64,000 nt of DNA, from positions 1,344,001-1,408,000 of the forward strand of contig CAVZJV010000014.1 of assembly GCA_963775685.1 (NCBI GenBank). The letters are read 5' to 3'. Position numbers and translations under genes: made by a program. Below, piece after piece: positions 49,958 to 58,940 of the stretch. The notes beneath the pieces are model-generated. The model was given only the letters and a program-made list of their open reading frames with translations. It was not told where the DNA came from and ran no database searches. Positions within the stretch are counted from its first letter, which is position 1. Each line of letters begins with the position of its first letter. This DNA is from Candidatus Bathyarchaeota archaeon (lineage in GTDB: Archaea; Thermoproteota; Bathyarchaeia; Bathyarchaeales; Bathycorpusculaceae).

Positions 49958-51202
49958 CTAATGTTGTTTAAGTGAGTTTTTAATTAACTTTAATGCTTTC
50001 TCTTTCTCATTCCAATCTACAAACAGCAAAATGCTCGACGTAATAGTTAGGATGCCAGAGATGTTTATGCCGTTAAGGCGTAAATCCTCACTGATTTTGC
50101 CGATGATGCCATGCGTTTCCTCCAAGCCCACACCGCTGGTTTTGATGAAGACAAGGTCCTTTTTAACTGCCATAGCTATGGTTTCTTCGTTGCCGATAGT
50201 TATATTGTGGATTTGGTTGAAGAGGACATCGATATTTTTCACCTGCGGCACATAGAGAATGATTGAGTTTGTGTTCATAGACATGCCCAATAACATCGAG
50301 TTTTCCTTAACTCTCTCAACCATCTCGGTGATAACTTTAGTATTAGCAGACATACCGTTTCCGATAACGGTGATTTCCGCCACAGGGGTAGGATGAGCAA
50401 TTTCCGCGTCAAGTTCGGTGCCTAATCCACCGGTGATGATTGTCCCTGCACGACTCAAATCGCCATGAGCATTGCTGATGACTTTAACATCGATATCTTT
50501 TGGCTTGTATTTGAGAGCTTTACTGTGAATAAATTTTGCACCTGAATCTGCTAAGCCAACAAGCGTATTTACGTTGATTGTTGGGAGAAGTTTGGGCGAA
50601 GCAATTATTTTCGGGTCGCCAGACATTATGCCATCTGCATTCGTTACCAGCACAACTTGGTTTGCATTTAAGCCCTGTGCCAGCAAGAACGCAGTAGTGT
50701 CGCTTCCGCCTCTGCCAAGGGTAGTAATTTTGCCATCTTTCGTTTTGCCCACGAATCCAGCTATGACCGGTACGGTTCCTGCCTCAACAAGCGGAAGGAT
50801 GCATTCCTTAATATTTTTCTCGCATTCCTTGACAAGGGGGTTGGCGTTCTGGAACGAGTCATCAGTGATTATTGGCCACTTACTGTCCATGGGGTCAAAG
50901 TAACAAGCATCAACACCATTGTTCCGAAGAGCAGTCGCAAAGATTCGTACACTTGTGCGTTCACCCATCGACAAAATGTCATCTAACTCCTGTTTAGCTA
51001 ATTTTCCGTTCGAAGTGTTCTTTGCGGTAATCAATAGCACATCGGTTGTTTTCCCCATGGCTGAAACTGCTACAGCGATTTTTGTACCTTTTTTGGCTTC
51101 ATTCACCACTGCCTTGACCGCTTTTAGAAGTCTTTCGTGATCAGATAGGCTGGAGCCGCCAAATTTAACGACAATGGTTTGGTTAGAGGAATGTTTTGCC
51201 AT
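49958..51202 (-). CDS. Aspartate kinase
   Basis: VVKFGGSS, VSAMGKTTD, TTLGRGGSDTTA, C-terminal ACT-like domains; ATG at 51202 (alternative 51217). Confidence 0.9.
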   Translation of the reverse strand: MAKHSSNQTIVVKFGGSSLSDHERLLKAVKAVVNEAKKGTKIAVAVSAMGKTTDVLLITAKNTSNGKLAKQELDDILSMGERTSVRIFATALRNNGVDACYFDPMDSKWPIITDDSFQNANPLVKECEKNIKECILPLVEAGTVPVIAGFVGKTKDGKITTLGRGGSDTTAFLLAQGLNANQVVLVTNADGIMSGDPKIIASPKLLPTINVNTLVGLADSGAKFIHSKALKYKPKDIDVKVISNAHGDLSRAGTIITGGLGTELDAEIAHPTPVAEITVIGNGMSANTKVITEMVERVKENSMLLGMSMNTNSIILYVPQVKNIDVLFNQIHNITIGNEETIAMAVKKDLVFIKTSGVGLEETHGIIGKISEDLRLNGINISGILTITSSILLFVDWNEKEKALKLIKNSLKQH

Positions 51203-51222
51203 ATGTTTTACACCCATGTTTT

Positions 51223-51260
51223 GCCCAGAACTTTTCTTAAAAATTTTTTCAGTTCTGGGC
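51223..51260 (-). promoter_or_regulatory. Perfect 10-bp hairpin GCCCAGAACT/AGTTCTGGGC directly after the leader stop codon
   Basis: Inverted repeat 51223-51232 / 51251-51260; the 18-nt loop contains AAAAAATTTTT. Confidence 0.75.
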
Positions 51261-51347
51261 TTAAGGAAAATGGTAATAATAAAAGCAGTAATCGAAGCTC
51301 TGGAACGGCGCCGCATTGCCTGAGACTATGTTTTTTGCATTGAACAT
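51261..51347 (-). CDS. Phe/Tyr-rich leader peptide of the aromatic amino-acid operon (MFNAKNIVSGNAAPFQSFDYCFYYYHFP*)
   Basis: 28 codons with 5 Phe and 4 Tyr, 8 of them in the last 14; lies between a BRE/TATA-like element and the first operon gene. Confidence 0.8.
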   Translation of the reverse strand: MFNAKNIVSGNAAPFQSFDYCFYYYHFP

Positions 51348-51384
51348 TGTGCTTCGAAACCTGTTGAATGCTTCACCTCACAAA

Positions 51385-51400
51385 AAATATAAGCGTTTCG
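51385..51400 (-). promoter_or_regulatory. BRE-TATA promoter candidate for the leader/aro operon
   Basis: CGAAACGCTTATATTT about 40 nt upstream of the leader ATG. Confidence 0.55.
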
Positions 51401-51515
51401 GATTTGGACTCACCAAATATAGGATCACTCTATCTCTTGAAAAAGCCAATAGCCAATAAATTCAAAATCTCAACAACTATGATTATGTTATTTTTTGTAA
51501 TTTAATTGAAGTAGC

Positions 51516-53171
51516 TTAACTTTGAGGGACGGCTTCAGTGCTCTTTTCACCCGCGGAGGATACAATGGCTGGAGGCAAGATTTTTCTTTGGATAAGGGCT
51601 TTTACTGCTTCTGAAAGAACGTTACACGCCTGTTTTCTTACCTCTGCGGAGTTGTCTACTTCCTTGTTTGCAATGGACGTCTCTAAATTCTGCATCTTAC
51701 CAATATTTGCCCGTTTGTTTCTCTCATAATCTTCATGGAGTTTTTGTAGTTCGGTACCTGAATTCTGCTCTGCTAACGCCAAGCTCCTTCTTGCATCATC
51801 TAATTTCTTGATAATTTCTATTTGTCTTTCTTCTTCGGCTACTTTCTTGAGGAAGTGAAGGCTACTTATTTTGGTTTGCCGAATTTGAGCAAGCTCTTCT
51901 TCAATTTACATACATTCTTGGTAAAGAAATCAATAGCAGAGTCTCTTTTTTCTTTGAGCTCGCTCGTCTGCGCTTCATACTCAGCGTCAATGTCCCCAAC
52001 TTTTCCTGAATCAATAGAAGAATTACCAACTGCCAAAGCCAACCTCTTCTCAGCAGCATTCAGTTTCTGAGTAAGCTCGGCTTGTTTTTGTTCTTTTGCC
52101 CTTTTCTTGAGTGGATGCCGATAACTCGTTTTTATCTGCTCCACCTCGGCAAGTTCTTCTTTTAAAATGTGCACGTTTCTGAACAAGTAATCTATAGCGC
52201 TCTTTCCTCTAACTACAAAGTCTTTAGTTTGGGCAGCATATCCAGCGTCAATCTCGCCTAGTAAATATCTATTCTCTACAAGTGTCCTTGCTGAGACTTC
52301 AATTTCTGCTTCGTTTGTCAGTCGCTTGGCTAGTTCATCTTCGATTTCGCTGAAAATGTGGTTACATGCTTCGGTAAAAGTTTCGTCTGACCCTATGACG
52401 TCGCTTGATTCAAAGGATAGAATAATCTGCCTAACGTTAACCATCCAATCGTCAAAGTATTTGCTAACAGGCGACTGCTCAAAGACTTCCCCCCCAAGCA
52501 TTTCTAAATAATTCAAAGTCTCAGCACTAATTGCCTCAATCTTCGCGTTCTGCTCCCCTAAGTCAATGGGCGCTCGGGCTTTCTTGCGGTATTTCTTCTT
52601 CTATCTCTTCAGTGACAATAGATTCTGGTAAGTTAACTGGAATTTCAACTGAAATAACTAAAAGGGGTTCGGGTGCTACAGGTGCTTGAAGTTTTGGAAT
52701 TTCCGCAATCGCTTGAATCTCTTTTGGCGTCTCAACTTTATGTTGGTTTTGGACCATTAAGCTATTAAGTTTTGGAATAATGTCCTCAACTACTATCATC
52801 AAGAGATCGCGGTTTTCGCTTTCATTTAACTCCCAAACTTCTCGACGACCACCCTCAAAGGTTAAAGTGAGGTGCCCTGTGAGGTCGATGTATGCTTGGG
52901 AGGCTTCCTTCAATTTGAATGGAAGCACAGATGTGGAAACCGAAATTGAAGAAAACATCGGCGCCAAATACCTCAGCGACTCAAAAAATTTAGCCACCAA
53001 AACCTTCTCCTCAGACAATAACTTCCCGATCTGCTCAATATCCTCTTCTACAAACGCGAAGGTCTCAGCGATTTCTTGGACACTGATTGACTTTCCGCTT
53101 ACAACATGTGGACTTATGACTAAAGCATCTGCTGGAGATGTTGTTACCGGCACCTGAGTCATGACATTCAA
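51516..53171 (-). pseudogene. Coiled-coil hypothetical protein split into three ORFs by frameshifts
   Basis: Protein-like reading continues across the junctions near 52560 and 51860 in shifted frames. Confidence 0.6.
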
Positions 53172-53231
53172 TTCCGCAATAGCCTATTCGCGGAGAAAAG
53201 TACTTGCATGTCACAAAACTTGCATACACTA

Positions 53232-53936
53232 CTAATGGTCAATCTTTATTATCTGTGGTATCTTTCCCGCTGTTCCAACCTGCCCCTTGTAGATTATCAT
53301 TACCCCAATAACTCCCTCAATCGACAACCCCTTGCTGATGCCTGCCTGAATTCCAGCTTGAGCGTCTTCACCTTTGACCTCATTACCTACGGATGTTGCC
53401 GCCGCATCTGCTAAAGCGGCGTTTTTACAGAAAACAACAGCTGCCTCTGCATCGCCGAAACTGAATGCGTGACTGAAGCGTCCCGAGCTGGTAGCGACAC
53501 CACTTGGGAATTCCATGAGCCGAAAGCCGAAACGATTGGAGAGGGGTTCTTCTCCTGCCGCCACTGCCACATCCAATGGCTGGTTTGAGGTTGCCGATAT
53601 TTCGCCGCCATCCTCCACAACCGCTACCTCGCAGCCTGTCTGGAGCATATCTTCTACAGCTAAATCAGCAATTGCACCCGCAACCGCCGCCATGGGACCT
53701 ACAACCGCCTTTTGAGCAGCTTCTGCCATCAGTTTCGCGACAATTGGCTTTTCTGGCGCTGCAACTGGAGTTAAGGTATGCAAAAATTTTGGGTTAGCCC
53801 GAACGTAAACTTCAAGCTCTATGTAGTTACGTTTGATGGATTCTTTGCCCACTTGGATTGCTGGCTGCTGGTCAGAAATGATTGTGCACTGGGACTCTAA
53901 ATGGGCAAAGTACTCTTTGAACAGGTACTTGGTCAA
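53232..53936 (-). CDS. UPF0280 / ApbE-superfamily protein
   Basis: VGPMAAVAG, EDGGEI, ATSSG, SFGDAEA, ADAAAT. Confidence 0.88.
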   Translation of the reverse strand: MTKYLFKEYFAHLESQCTIISDQQPAIQVGKESIKRNYIELEVYVRANPKFLHTLTPVAAPEKPIVAKLMAEAAQKAVVGPMAAVAGAIADLAVEDMLQTGCEVAVVEDGGEISATSNQPLDVAVAAGEEPLSNRFGFRLMEFPSGVATSSGRFSHAFSFGDAEAAVVFCKNAALADAAATSVGNEVKGEDAQAGIQAGISKGLSIEGVIGVMIIYKGQVGTAGKIPQIIKIDH

Positions 53937-54370
53937 CTTTTCTTAACCTTATCTTTCGTTGAGCGGTCGACACCGTTTGGCTTGATGGATTTTATGGCTC
54001 GGGCTGGGCACGCATCAACGCAGATACTGCAAGTGCTGCCAAGGCACCGCTCCTTATCAAACTGTACTGTTGAATCGTTGGTTAAGCTAATAGCTTCTAC
54101 GGGGCAAAGGGCAATGCAACTGCCGCAGCTGAAACATTTGTCACTGTCGACTTCGATTAGTTTGGGCACTGTTACTGAGACGCCTCTTTGGCGGAAGGCG
54201 TTCACCACTTTTTCGAGTATCGCGTCGGGAACTTCAGCGAGAATTTCGCCCCCCTTTGAGTTAACATGTGCGGACAATATTGCCATTGGTACTTTGTATT
54301 CGATGATGATTTGGGATGCTATAGGCTCTGAAACTTGTTCTTCGTTGAACCTTATGAGAATTCTTGCCAT
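53933..54370 (-). CDS. NIL-domain 4Fe-4S ferredoxin (homocysteine synthesis partner, MA1822-like)
   Basis: N-terminal NIL-like domain plus CFSCGSCIALCP and CSICVDACP. Confidence 0.85.
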   Translation of the reverse strand: MARILIRFNEEQVSEPIASQIIIEYKVPMAILSAHVNSKGGEILAEVPDAILEKVVNAFRQRGVSVTVPKLIEVDSDKCFSCGSCIALCPVEAISLTNDSTVQFDKERCLGSTCSICVDACPARAIKSIKPNGVDRSTKDKVKKS

Positions 54371-54373
54371 GTT

Positions 54374-55876
54374 TTACCGTCCTAACAGCTTAGATACATC
54401 TTCGGCAGTGATTATACCGAGCACCTTACGTTCAATATCAATCACGGGCAACGCGGATATGTTGTTTTGTGCCATGCGTTTGGAAGCAGTCTCCAGAGGT
54501 TCGTCTGGTTTTGCGGTCACTACGTTATGGGATTCTATATCGGCTAATGCTGTTTTACCTTCAGCCATCGCCCTTGTAACATCCCAAGACGTTACAATAC
54601 CCCTTAGCTTGCCAGCTTCATCCACCACAACTATGTGGTTAACTGATCTGGTAACGATACGTTTTGCAATGGCACTAATCGGCTCATCTTCGGTACAAGT
54701 GACTGCTGGATGCATAACACTAACAACAAAAGGAATTTCCTCAGTCTGCCTCATCGCCTTAAAGACTGCGGTTGTGGGCAACCGCTCAACGGGCGCAGTT
54801 AAGAAGAAGCGGCCCTCATCAATCCACGACTTAAGCGTCTGGGAAACCTTCTTTGCCATCTTTAGACTTGAAAGTGAGCTGACGCGAACTTTTTTGCCTT
54901 TAATCATTATTGAGCCAGATTTTAGTTCTTTGTAGCTGACTTGCCCAAACTTGGGGCGATCGCGACGTGGCACGCTGTAGTCCACAATGTCGGTAAGGAT
55001 GTCTTTGTCTTGAATCGAGGTTTTCTTGGCTAATCCCTCGTTTAGAATAGGAATCGGAACACCTAAACCCACATACAATGAAGTGCCATATCCTGTAAAC
55101 GCGGCGCCCTGCAGGAATTCAGGCGACATATTCTTTGCATTACCCTTAACCATCAGAGTCCCGTTGAGGTTTTTGGGGTTATGCTGCGTGCCTTCGCCGA
55201 TAATGTAGCCTTGTGCGCCACCAAGGAATATGCGGGTTCCCATACCCAACGTCTCGTAGTCAGGGTCATTCATTAGCGGGTTGAGTTCACCTGCCCCCGA
55301 AAACGTAGCATTCCTAAACCTTGGCAATAGTTTACTCATATACGTGTAAATAGTTTCGTCGCTACTGTTCACGGCACAATTGTAGCGCTGGTAGCAGTTG
55401 CGAAAATTCAAAAGATAAAACTGGTTCAAATCATCCTTCGTAAGAGTTGTCTTGACCGATGTTCTTGGGTAACAATCTGTCCCATAAGAGGTCGCTCGAA
55501 GTTCAACATCGTTTCCCGCCACCAAATCCTGTATAACATGGCCGCCGCCATACTCAAAAGGAAGCTTCTCTGACATATTCGTCGCGCCAATAAACAGGTC
55601 CACTGCTGCTCCCGGGTGACAGACTTCCACATTGTTCATCCATGCCTTCTCAATCTTAATCGGAGGATCAGAATGCCCAAGATTAACAACAGCACCAGAA
55701 GAGCACATAGCTCCAAAGGTGCCTGTAGTAACAACATCAACTTCATTGAACGCAACTTCGACACCGCTGCTCCCAACCAGCTTCTTCATCTCTTCCGCCG
55801 TTAAAACTTGAGCATCGCCCTTGCGGATTTTCTCATTAATCTCTTCTATTGTGCGAGTCTTCGTAGGTTTGGACAA
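54374..55876 (-). CDS. DUF39-CBS homocysteine biosynthesis protein (aspartate-semialdehyde sulfurtransferase, MA1821-like)
   Basis: VDVVTTGTFGAMCSSGA, YGGGHVI, NPLMNDP, two C-terminal CBS domains. Confidence 0.9.
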   Translation of the reverse strand: MSKPTKTRTIEEINEKIRKGDAQVLTAEEMKKLVGSSGVEVAFNEVDVVTTGTFGAMCSSGAVVNLGHSDPPIKIEKAWMNNVEVCHPGAAVDLFIGATNMSEKLPFEYGGGHVIQDLVAGNDVELRATSYGTDCYPRTSVKTTLTKDDLNQFYLLNFRNCYQRYNCAVNSSDETIYTYMSKLLPRFRNATFSGAGELNPLMNDPDYETLGMGTRIFLGGAQGYIIGEGTQHNPKNLNGTLMVKGNAKNMSPEFLQGAAFTGYGTSLYVGLGVPIPILNEGLAKKTSIQDKDILTDIVDYSVPRRDRPKFGQVSYKELKSGSIMIKGKKVRVSSLSSLKMAKKVSQTLKSWIDEGRFFLTAPVERLPTTAVFKAMRQTEEIPFVVSVMHPAVTCTEDEPISAIAKRIVTRSVNHIVVVDEAGKLRGIVTSWDVTRAMAEGKTALADIESHNVVTAKPDEPLETASKRMAQNNISALPVIDIERKVLGIITAEDVSKLLGR

Positions 55877-55937
55877 AGAGCCTTACCTTGATGCAATCGA
55901 GAAGGCGTTTCGCAGTTAATATTTTTTGCGTAAATAA

Positions 55938-56400
55938 CTAATTTAATTGGAAATTTTCTTTTTGCCAATTGCAACCGGACAAAAGGAACAAGCACCGCTG
56001 CCACCGCTGAAATGAAAACTGCACCGCCGACCTCTGGCACAGTTGGAACAGGTGATGCAGACTGGAATAGGCATCAGATAGGACAGAAAAACTGCTGTAA
56101 TCGATATTGTTTACAAAACGTCTCCTTGCCAGAATCATACATTAAGGCGATAGCTCCGTCCTCCACGATTACGTTTGCCATCTCAGAACTATTTGTGTCA
56201 GAAATAGCTGAAAAGAGATGAAAATGTAGATTTGCATGCCCATTTCATAACGGTTGGAACATAATTAGTTGCTCATATTTTACCTGTTCCCGAATAATAA
56301 ATCATCATCCCTTCCTTTAGCGGAATAGTGGCTGTTACTTCAACAGTTTTAACAATATTATTAGCGGATAGGGCAAGAATCGATATTATTAGAATAGGCA
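55938..56400 (-). pseudogene. Degraded paralog of the YVTN-type surface protein (boundaries approximate)
   Basis: Fragments MYDSGKET and VLSDAY, and a VPEV-TM-basic tail, in broken frames. Confidence 0.55.
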
Positions 56401-56426
56401 AGGGAGTGTTGTGTTTGAGATTTTCA

Positions 56427-57518
56427 TCATTTTGCTTTACTTTTAGATTTTAGGTGAACCAAATTTACAACAATAAACCCTGCCGCTGTCACCAGTAAGA
56501 TGAGTGCTATAGTGCTAAACTCGGATAAAGTCTGCCCTTGCGGTATAGCAGAGGAATCGGCTATTACCGAGACTTTGTTGCTTTCAGAATAGGTCACGAA
56601 CAATTCGCCATTGCCAGAATCAAACACCATGCCTTGGGGTTGCTTTTGCAGAGGTAGATTTGAAATAACGGTGTTTGTGCTGTCTGACACTATGGAGAGC
56701 AAAGTTGAATTGTAATTCAATACAAAAACGCGATCATTGAATGAATCATACGCCACGCAGTTAGGGCTGGCTCCTACAGTCACGGTTGCAACAATGAGGT
56801 TTGTCTCGTCAGATATAATTGAGACCGTACTGGAATTGTAGTTGGCTACAAAGATTTCTCCTAAACCAGAATCATAAGCTAAACTTAAGGGTTGATTTTC
56901 CACTGTTATGTTTGTAACAATGACGTTTGTGTTATCTGATAATACCAAGACTTGATTGCTTCCTGCATGGCCAACAAATATCTCACCTTTGCCAGAATCG
57001 TAGGCTAAAGCACATGGCTGGTTTCCTACTGTTATGTTCGCTATAACAATATTGTTACTATCCGAAACCACTGAGACAGAACTAGAATTATAGTTTGCCA
57101 CGAATACTTCGCCTTTGCCAGAATCATAAGCAATGGCAGAAGGAGCACTTCCCACCTTTATGGTCGCAACCACAGTATTATTACTGTCGGATATCACGGA
57201 AACTGAATCTGCACCGTGGTTAGCAACAAAGACTTCACTTTTGCCCCAATCGTAAGCAACGCCATACGGCACCTTTCCCACGGGCACAGTTGCAACTACC
57301 TTGTTAGAACTGTCCGAGATTACATAGACCGAATCGGTATCCCCATTTGCAATGAATATCTCGCCCTTTTGGGGATCGTAAGCTAATCCATAACAGCCGC
57401 CTGAATGCATAAGAGAAATCGTTGCGACTACTTCAACCGTGTGAACCAAACTAGCTGCTGACGCAGCGAATAATATGATAATTATTGAGGCACAAGAGAT
57501 TATACTCATTTGTTTCAT
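56427..57518 (-). CDS. YVTN/YncE-type beta-propeller surface protein
   Basis: About seven repeats of AYDSGKGEVFVAN..S.SVSVISD; signal peptide; SEF-TM-basic tail. Confidence 0.9.
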   Translation of the reverse strand: MKQMSIISCASIIIILFAASAASLVHTVEVVATISLMHSGGCYGLAYDPQKGEIFIANGDTDSVYVISDSSNKVVATVPVGKVPYGVAYDWGKSEVFVANHGADSVSVISDSNNTVVATIKVGSAPSAIAYDSGKGEVFVANYNSSSVSVVSDSNNIVIANITVGNQPCALAYDSGKGEIFVGHAGSNQVLVLSDNTNVIVTNITVENQPLSLAYDSGLGEIFVANYNSSTVSIISDETNLIVATVTVGASPNCVAYDSFNDRVFVLNYNSTLLSIVSDSTNTVISNLPLQKQPQGMVFDSGNGELFVTYSESNKVSVIADSSAIPQGQTLSEFSTIALILLVTAAGFIVVNLVHLKSKSKAK

Positions 57519-58783
57519 AGGGTTGACTCCGTTTCGCAAACTTTGCGTTTTTGCCTGCCTTTGCCTGTCTTTGCAGCAACCAGAACCGTTGCAACCACAG
57601 CTACAATCAGCGCTACCTCAACATAGGGCAATAGCGAAAGCGGGATTGGTGCACCGTACTGAGAGTCAAGTTTTGCAAGCCACACTGAACCGTTCTTTGA
57701 ACCCACCATGACGTAGCTGCCGTCCTTGGAGCTGATTATGGAGTTGAAGTTTGCCTCCAACCCCACAGGCAACCTAACATCTGGAAAAGTTGTGTTCCAC
57801 ACCTGATTGCCCTGTGTGTCTGTCATAATTAAACCTATATCGGTCAAGTTCGAAATCGACGTGAGCAAGTATCCGCTGGGGGTTTCAATCGCGCAGGTTA
57901 TAGAGCTGTGTTTGGCGCCGTAGGTTTGATTCCACTGCATGTTACCCTCCTGGTCAGTTTTAACTGCCCAAGCGCTCTTTTCCCAGAGGTATCCCGCCAT
58001 CAGGTATCCGCCGTCCCTAGTAGCGATGGCGAAGTTACATTCTGGTTGATAGTAATAGCCATCGCCGCCGTAAACCGTGGACCCTAGCACGTTTCCCACC
58101 GAATTCAATTTTAAAAGCCTAAAGAACGCCTGGTCTGGAACAAAAGAGTAGCTGACCTCAGAGAGAACGTAACCGCCGTCGGCCGTTTGAAAGATGCTTG
58201 AGGGGCAATCCGACAGGGGGCCCAAAATTGTTTTGTTCCACTCCATGTTTCCTTGCAAATCGGTTTTGGCAAACCAAATCCATCCCAAGCTTTCTTCAAC
58301 TGGCTCGCCAAAACCCGCAACTGCAAAGCCACCGTCTTTGGTTTGAATAATGGACATGAAGTAGTTTATGGGCGCTCCCGAGCTCAGTGTTTTGGTCCAT
58401 TCGATATTACCCTCCGAATCGGTTTTAACTATTGTATACAAGTTATCGACAATGCCAGCCAAAACAAAGCCACCTTCAGCTGTTGGCAAGAGACGAGGAA
58501 GGACGGTAATTGTTGGGTTAATTTGGATTGGCTTTGCCCACAATAGCTGGTTTGAAGAGTCAAGTTTGACAAGGAAAGTGCAGGTTGAGTTGGCAGTGTT
58601 GAGGACTAAGCTGCCGTCGGTTAACTGATAAACCGAGTAGCCAAACTCGCCAGGCAAATCAGTCTGCAACTCGATAGGTGAAGACAAAGGAGAACTAGCT
58701 GCAAAGGAAAGCCAAACTACGCTTAACGCTAAGAAAACTAAAACAATGACTGCCAACAGCACAATTACCTTTCGGATCATCAT
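57515..58783 (-). CDS. Secreted beta-repeat surface protein with a C-terminal TM
   Basis: Repeats KTDxxGNxxWxKT and QTxDGGY; signal peptide. Confidence 0.85.
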   Translation of the reverse strand: MMIRKVIVLLAVIVLVFLALSVVWLSFAASSPLSSPIELQTDLPGEFGYSVYQLTDGSLVLNTANSTCTFLVKLDSSNQLLWAKPIQINPTITVLPRLLPTAEGGFVLAGIVDNLYTIVKTDSEGNIEWTKTLSSGAPINYFMSIIQTKDGGFAVAGFGEPVEESLGWIWFAKTDLQGNMEWNKTILGPLSDCPSSIFQTADGGYVLSEVSYSFVPDQAFFRLLKLNSVGNVLGSTVYGGDGYYYQPECNFAIATRDGGYLMAGYLWEKSAWAVKTDQEGNMQWNQTYGAKHSSITCAIETPSGYLLTSISNLTDIGLIMTDTQGNQVWNTTFPDVRLPVGLEANFNSIISSKDGSYVMVGSKNGSVWLAKLDSQYGAPIPLSLLPYVEVALIVAVVATVLVAAKTGKGRQKRKVCETESTL

Positions 58784-58940
58784 ACCTGCAATATGGGAAA
58801 ATGACGCTTTTAATTCTATTCAAGGAACACCATGTTCCAAAGCTGGAACACTTATTCGCAGCCCAAAATCCAAGCAACTTAAGAAGATAAAATTTGTTGA
58901 TTAAATAAAGTTTGAAAAGTATCGCATATAACTCGCGAGG

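Noticed and set aside
51203-51316. N-terminal extension MRRRSRASITAFII... of the aspartokinase in the ORF track
   Set aside because: Kinase homology begins at VVKFGG just after ATG 51202/51217; the extension is an alternate-frame reading of the leader region.
55877-56426. Possible Met/Cys leader peptide upstream of the homocysteine operon
   Set aside because: No short ORF with Met/Cys runs was found; the region reads as a decayed surface-protein gene.
56427-58783. Periodic repeats as a possible CRISPR array or DGR-like repeat
   Set aside because: They are degenerate codon-level repeats of beta-propeller proteins. No repeat-spacer array, cas gene or reverse transcriptase was seen anywhere in the window.
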